Positions 63,693-64,000 of a stretch of 64,000 nucleotides of DNA are shown piece by piece. The translations under genes and the position numbers were made by a program. This DNA comes from Euglena gracilis (taxonomy: Eukaryota), in assembly GCA_039621445.1 (NCBI GenBank), contig CP154954.1:14681667-14745666 (forward strand), written 5' to 3'. The first letter of the stretch is position 1; each line of letters opens with the position of its first letter. The notes beneath the pieces are model-generated. The model saw only the letters and a list, made by a program, of their open reading frames with translations. It was not told where the DNA came from and ran no database searches.

Positions 63693-63888
63693 CCAAGCCT
63701 GCCGTGCATGCCGGGGATTTTGTGCCATCCAGAAATAAAAAACAGCTCGAAAAAAAACAAGAAATCAGTCAAAGCAGGATTGACAGCCCCCAAAGAAGAG
63801 AATTCGCTTGGATCTGTCACACTCGTACTCCCCATCGATCCAAGTCCTCGGAGTCCTGGAAGTGCTGTCGAAGAAATCAAATTCCAGA

Positions 63889-63923
<35 letters not shown>

Positions 63924-64000
63924 CCACACCAACCAAAAGAAGTCTATGTGCGAGTTACACCACCCAACCACCCAAGTCAGTAAAAAATGTGTCGTCGTGG

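Overview
Repeat-dense eukaryotic DNA with GT-AG-type introns, microsatellites and many MITEs. No intact host gene, rRNA, tRNA or CRISPR array is recognisable, and the taxon cannot be fixed from sequence alone. Main contents: (1) ~1.6-10.2 kb, a degenerate spliced DNA-transposon-like element. It carries a DDE transposase with Academ/DUF6589-like motif order and a ParB/Srx-fold (GxxRxxA) gene, and holds ~20 copies of an 18-bp palindrome GAAGCGG-N4-CCGCTTC. This is the best candidate for an undescribed system (a ParB/parS-like pair inside a eukaryotic transposon, by inference). (2) A second, divergent ParB-like pseudogene at ~13-14 kb. (3) Four paralogous copies of a long old repeat ('X': 256-640, 10.2-13.0 kb, 15.9-30.2 kb, 47.0-64.0 kb), each with different insertions. 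(4) Penelope-like/retrozyme elements in the same (TC)n tract of two X copies. They carry a type III hammerhead with a U3:A8 variant core and a 10-bp loop I-loop II complementarity; one retains a PLE RT C-terminal fragment. (5) A non-LTR retrotransposon relic with a 2A (DIEPNPGP) peptide, a Ty3/Gypsy RNase H fragment, and nested CA...TG MITEs with 8-bp target-site duplications. Family assignments rest on motifs recognised by eye, not on database searches.
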